Below, piece after piece: positions 60,973-64,000 of a DNA stretch of 64,000 nt (positions within the stretch are counted from its first letter, which is position 1; the number at the start of each line of letters is the position of its first letter). Under the pieces are notes generated by a model, which was not told the origin of the DNA, did not search any database, and worked only from the letters and a program-made list of their open reading frames with translations. Location: NCBI GenBank assembly GCA_965116795.1, contig OZ220716.1:2090503-2154502 (forward strand). Reading direction: 5' to 3'. The position numbers and the translations under genes were made by a program. The stretch comes from Gammaproteobacteria bacterium (GTDB taxonomy: Bacteria; Pseudomonadota; Gammaproteobacteria; JAJFKG01).

Positions 60973-63531
60973 TCATGATTTCGTGGATAAATTTTTAATA
61001 AATAACCAGCGTCCGTTAACTAACGATTGCAGTAACTGATGCCGTTTAAGTATTGCGTCGATTTTTTGTTGGCTAGCATCGATGAATACACACAGTCTTT
61101 TCGGTTCATGTATACGTTTACTCTGATGAGGCAATCCGTATTTTAAATCACTTTGATTACCTTCAATAACACCGATAGTAGCTAACACATTATGGATAGC
61201 TTTATTGCCGCTCGCATAATGTTGTGGATCAACTGCAGAAAAATAATACTGACTATTAATCCAATGAGCGACAATCATTGGTCCTAATAAAATTGCTTCC
61301 AATATACTGCCATCGACATCACGCTCTTCCTCATAGGAATGTAAGAATACTCGCCTTTGTAGATTCAATGATTGGGTAAGTCGACGTGGTGCAATGATAA
61401 AAGCAGCATTATTGGCTAAACCCAATTCGGGAAGTAATTCTGCCCAATCACAACTGCGTTTCAATACATGTTGATTACCTGGTAGCGAGCGTAAACGTTC
61501 ATACCGTAAGTGCTCACCTGCAGTCATCGCATCTTTGCAAATAGCACGAAATGTGTGTTGTTGTGATGGATTAAGATTGGCAACATCAACATACCAATTG
61601 ATGTGGTCAGTGGTAGTATCATGACACGCAGCAACAAACACAGTTGCACCGGGTATAGTAATGCTTTGTTTTTCTAATGCCTTTCTCACATCGGGTTGAT
61701 TTAATAGTTGGCAAACAATGATGGCATTACTCATACCACTATTACCACCACACGCACCACAATCTAACGACGCCTGATAAGGATTGTTTTTAATGGTAGC
61801 AGTATGTCCACATATCACTACAAACTCAGAAAAATTCTGAGTTAATCCTATACCATTAAGCAAATTAATGGCTATGTTTACCCTATTATCCAAATCAAGG
61901 GTATCCAGTTTAAACTGTGGCAATCGGCTAGCAGTTAGTTGTTTAGTATTAACCTGCTGAACCCGACGCAACACTGTATTTGCATAATTTTTAATGATCA
62001 ACACTAATGCAAACCAAAACCCTAACATTTCATATAATGCAAACGGCGCCAACAATGTTTTTCTAGTGGCATCAATCGAATTGACCAGTGCAGTTGCTGA
62101 AGTATGCAACATAGGTGATGTTGTATTTAACATCTCAATTAATAGTGTCGGTTCAATCAGCGCAGGACATTGACAAGTGATTTTGTGTTGGTACTTATCA
62201 TTGAGTTTAGCCGCAACCCCAAAAAAGCCAGCAAATCCAAATGTTTCATGATTACCAACCTGTTCTATATGACGTCGAAACCCTTCACTGCGCACATCAA
62301 TACAAAACACCCACTGTGCTGTTGCTGGCGTTAGCAAATCATCACGTCGTTGTGTTGGATCTATTGTGCTACGTTGTTGGTGAGTTTCATTCTTTTTAGC
62401 TAATAACGTTTGATATAGTGGTTGGTGATAATTCATTTCATAAGCCCGCTGCCACAACCAAGTCAATTGATGCACTGACAGATCAGTTCGTTTAATTAAC
62501 GTCTCAGCATCAATTGCTTGTGTGCTGAGTTGTTGACAAGCATGATTAACGCAATCCACTAACATGTTATGGATAGCATTATCCTCAGCAATATAACAGT
62601 CCGGTTGATAGCGTAGATAAAAGCCATTAAGCTGTTTAGCATGGGTTTTTAACCAAAACACTTCATAAGCAAGCCATATTGCGATGATTTCAATAACATG
62701 CACCTGCGAATTAACATAAGGATTATTGGGATACTGTTGCTGCCATTTACTATAACCACACCAACCTTTAAGCTGCCAAACAATGGCAAACAAATACTGG
62801 CGAATACATTCCGTTGGCACCGATAATTCATTTAGCAAAGACAATATAAACGTTTCTACATGATTAGAATATTGCATCAAATATGATTTCCAGCGCTTAT
62901 TTTTATGCAACATCATCACATGCCACAGATTGAAAAATTGATGATTTGAATCATATGTATCATTTATTGACTGCTTAAAATAGGTCATCATCTTTTTTTG
63001 AAACGTGGTTGGATTAACATAAGACGCCAACCAATCTAAGCACTCATCCTGAATAGATGCTAACGCATCATCATAACCATAAGAGGCTATCTGGGCAGAA
63101 AATAAAATACTGTTGCACGTTGATGGATCGTTTTTTATTAGTTTCAAGCATGTAATTAATTTTTTCTGATACGATTTTCCAGTCATCAAATTGTAGAGCA
63201 ATTGTGGATACAGTTTAACAACAGCATCCTCCTCCGATTTTTTGAATAAGGATCGATTTAACTGAGCACAATGCTCTGCAATAGCCTGATGGATAGCCAC
63301 ATCGCTAATTCGTCCTTCATTGTAGTAACCCCAATAAGTTGCTATTGGCAGCAGCATTTGTATGTTAGTCATTGAAAGTAATGTTTGACTAACAACCTGC
63401 TCGATAGATTTATCAACCAAATCCCATAGTGGATTAGTAGCAACAAATTGTTGCAACGGCCAAGTTGTTGGAATGTGTTTTAGTATTTCTTCAATGACTG
63501 GCGACAGATCATTTGTTTCAGACAATGACAT
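60973..63531 (-). CDS. DUF2309 / DabA-MpsB-like soluble subunit of an inorganic carbon pump
   Basis: WPLQQFVATNP, putative Zn ligands in FCIDVRSE, CGH and LDCGACGG, plus RRVFLHSY and HEP.RL. Confidence 0.88.
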   Translation of the reverse strand: MSLSETNDLSPVIEEILKHIPTTWPLQQFVATNPLWDLVDKSIEQVVSQTLLSMTNIQMLLPIATYWGYYNEGRISDVAIHQAIAEHCAQLNRSLFKKSEEDAVVKLYPQLLYNLMTGKSYQKKLITCLKLIKNDPSTCNSILFSAQIASYGYDDALASIQDECLDWLASYVNPTTFQKKMMTYFKQSINDTYDSNHQFFNLWHVMMLHKNKRWKSYLMQYSNHVETFILSLLNELSVPTECIRQYLFAIVWQLKGWCGYSKWQQQYPNNPYVNSQVHVIEIIAIWLAYEVFWLKTHAKQLNGFYLRYQPDCYIAEDNAIHNMLVDCVNHACQQLSTQAIDAETLIKRTDLSVHQLTWLWQRAYEMNYHQPLYQTLLAKKNETHQQRSTIDPTQRRDDLLTPATAQWVFCIDVRSEGFRRHIEQVGNHETFGFAGFFGVAAKLNDKYQHKITCQCPALIEPTLLIEMLNTTSPMLHTSATALVNSIDATRKTLLAPFALYEMLGFWFALVLIIKNYANTVLRRVQQVNTKQLTASRLPQFKLDTLDLDNRVNIAINLLNGIGLTQNFSEFVVICGHTATIKNNPYQASLDCGACGGNSGMSNAIIVCQLLNQPDVRKALEKQSITIPGATVFVAACHDTTTDHINWYVDVANLNPSQQHTFRAICKDAMTAGEHLRYERLRSLPGNQHVLKRSCDWAELLPELGLANNAAFIIAPRRLTQSLNLQRRVFLHSYEEERDVDGSILEAILLGPMIVAHWINSQYYFSAVDPQHYASGNKAIHNVLATIGVIEGNQSDLKYGLPHQSKRIHEPKRLCVFIDASQQKIDAILKRHQLLQSLVNGRWLFIKNLSTKS

Positions 63532-63540
63532 CTATTTACC

Positions 63541-64000
63541 TCACTGTATAGTCGATATTGCACCCAATAAAATAGATGGGTAAATTCCATTAACTATATT
63601 AAATATAATGATCAATACACAAATGCTGTGCAACCAAGGTGGTATTATCGCGGCATGTTGCGCAATGGTTTTTGGATTAAAAAAATGTACTTGCAAGGTA
63701 TGCAACACTGCTAGTGCCAATAACACCATCCCTGCTCCGAACATAATTGCTAACGTGAAATGAATTTGGAGTAACGCAGATAACAAATAAAATTCGCTGA
63801 TAAAACTAGCCGTACCAGGAATACCAATTAATAACATTAAAAACAAACTCATATAAAAATGACACCATGGTAATTGGTTTTGTATGACTATATTTTGTTG
63901 AGAAACCCCTTGACGCTTTAGCAATAATAAACAAAAGCCACCAACAAGAAAGATTACATTAATAATATGGAAGCTACCGATTAACCCTAAATCATGCTTA
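63541..64000 (-). CDS. NuoM/NuoL-like proton-translocating membrane subunit (5'-partial)
   Basis: Frame open to the window edge. Hydrophobic, with IGIPGTASFISEF motif. Directly upstream of DUF2309. Confidence 0.7.
   Translation of the reverse strand, partial: KHDLGLIGSFHIINVIFLVGGFCLLLLKRQGVSQQNIVIQNQLPWCHFYMSLFLMLLIGIPGTASFISEFYLLSALLQIHFTLAIMFGAGMVLLALAVLHTLQVHFFNPKTIAQHAAIIPPWLHSICVLIIIFNIVNGIYPSILLGAISTIQ

Overview
This is a roughly 40% GC gammaproteobacterial chromosome segment. The LqsR/LqsS-like pair, a mobile-type csrA and an effector-like protein suggest a Legionellales/Coxiellales-like host (inference). Bases 1-20.1 kb are the late half of a non-contractile (siphovirus-like) prophage: capsid C-terminus, head-tail connectors, tail tube, G/GT chaperone with a -1 slippery site, tape measure, two adaptor plus receptor-binding modules (beta-helix and RCC1 propeller), tail tip, holin and lysozyme. 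Several morons interrupt it (lipoprotein, PEP-mutase/ICL-family gene, ankyrin gene, a paralogous gene pair). Bases 20.5-29 kb are an accessory island next to tRNA-Asp: a 1122-aa effector-like protein, a low-GC nuclease-like gene between two ~74-bp direct repeats, an IS5 remnant, an IS3, a truncated PD-(D/E)xK protein and an orphan antitoxin. Bases 29-55 kb are core genes (hupB, frameshifted lon, clpX, clpP, tig, ihfA, pheT, pheS, rplT, rpmI, infC, thrS, uvrB, an aspC-like aminotransferase, six tRNAs) with small inserts (ISKra4, luxR-like, csrA, nhaA, E1 alpha/beta, palindromic repeats). Bases 55-64 kb hold an LqsR/LqsS-like two-component pair with a divergent FAD oxidase where an LqsA synthase would be expected, then purK-purE directly downstream of a DUF2309 (DabA-like) inorganic-carbon pump. 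The supplied ORF track lists 7905..8732 on +, but it is on the minus strand. All family assignments come from reading motifs by eye; no searches were run.
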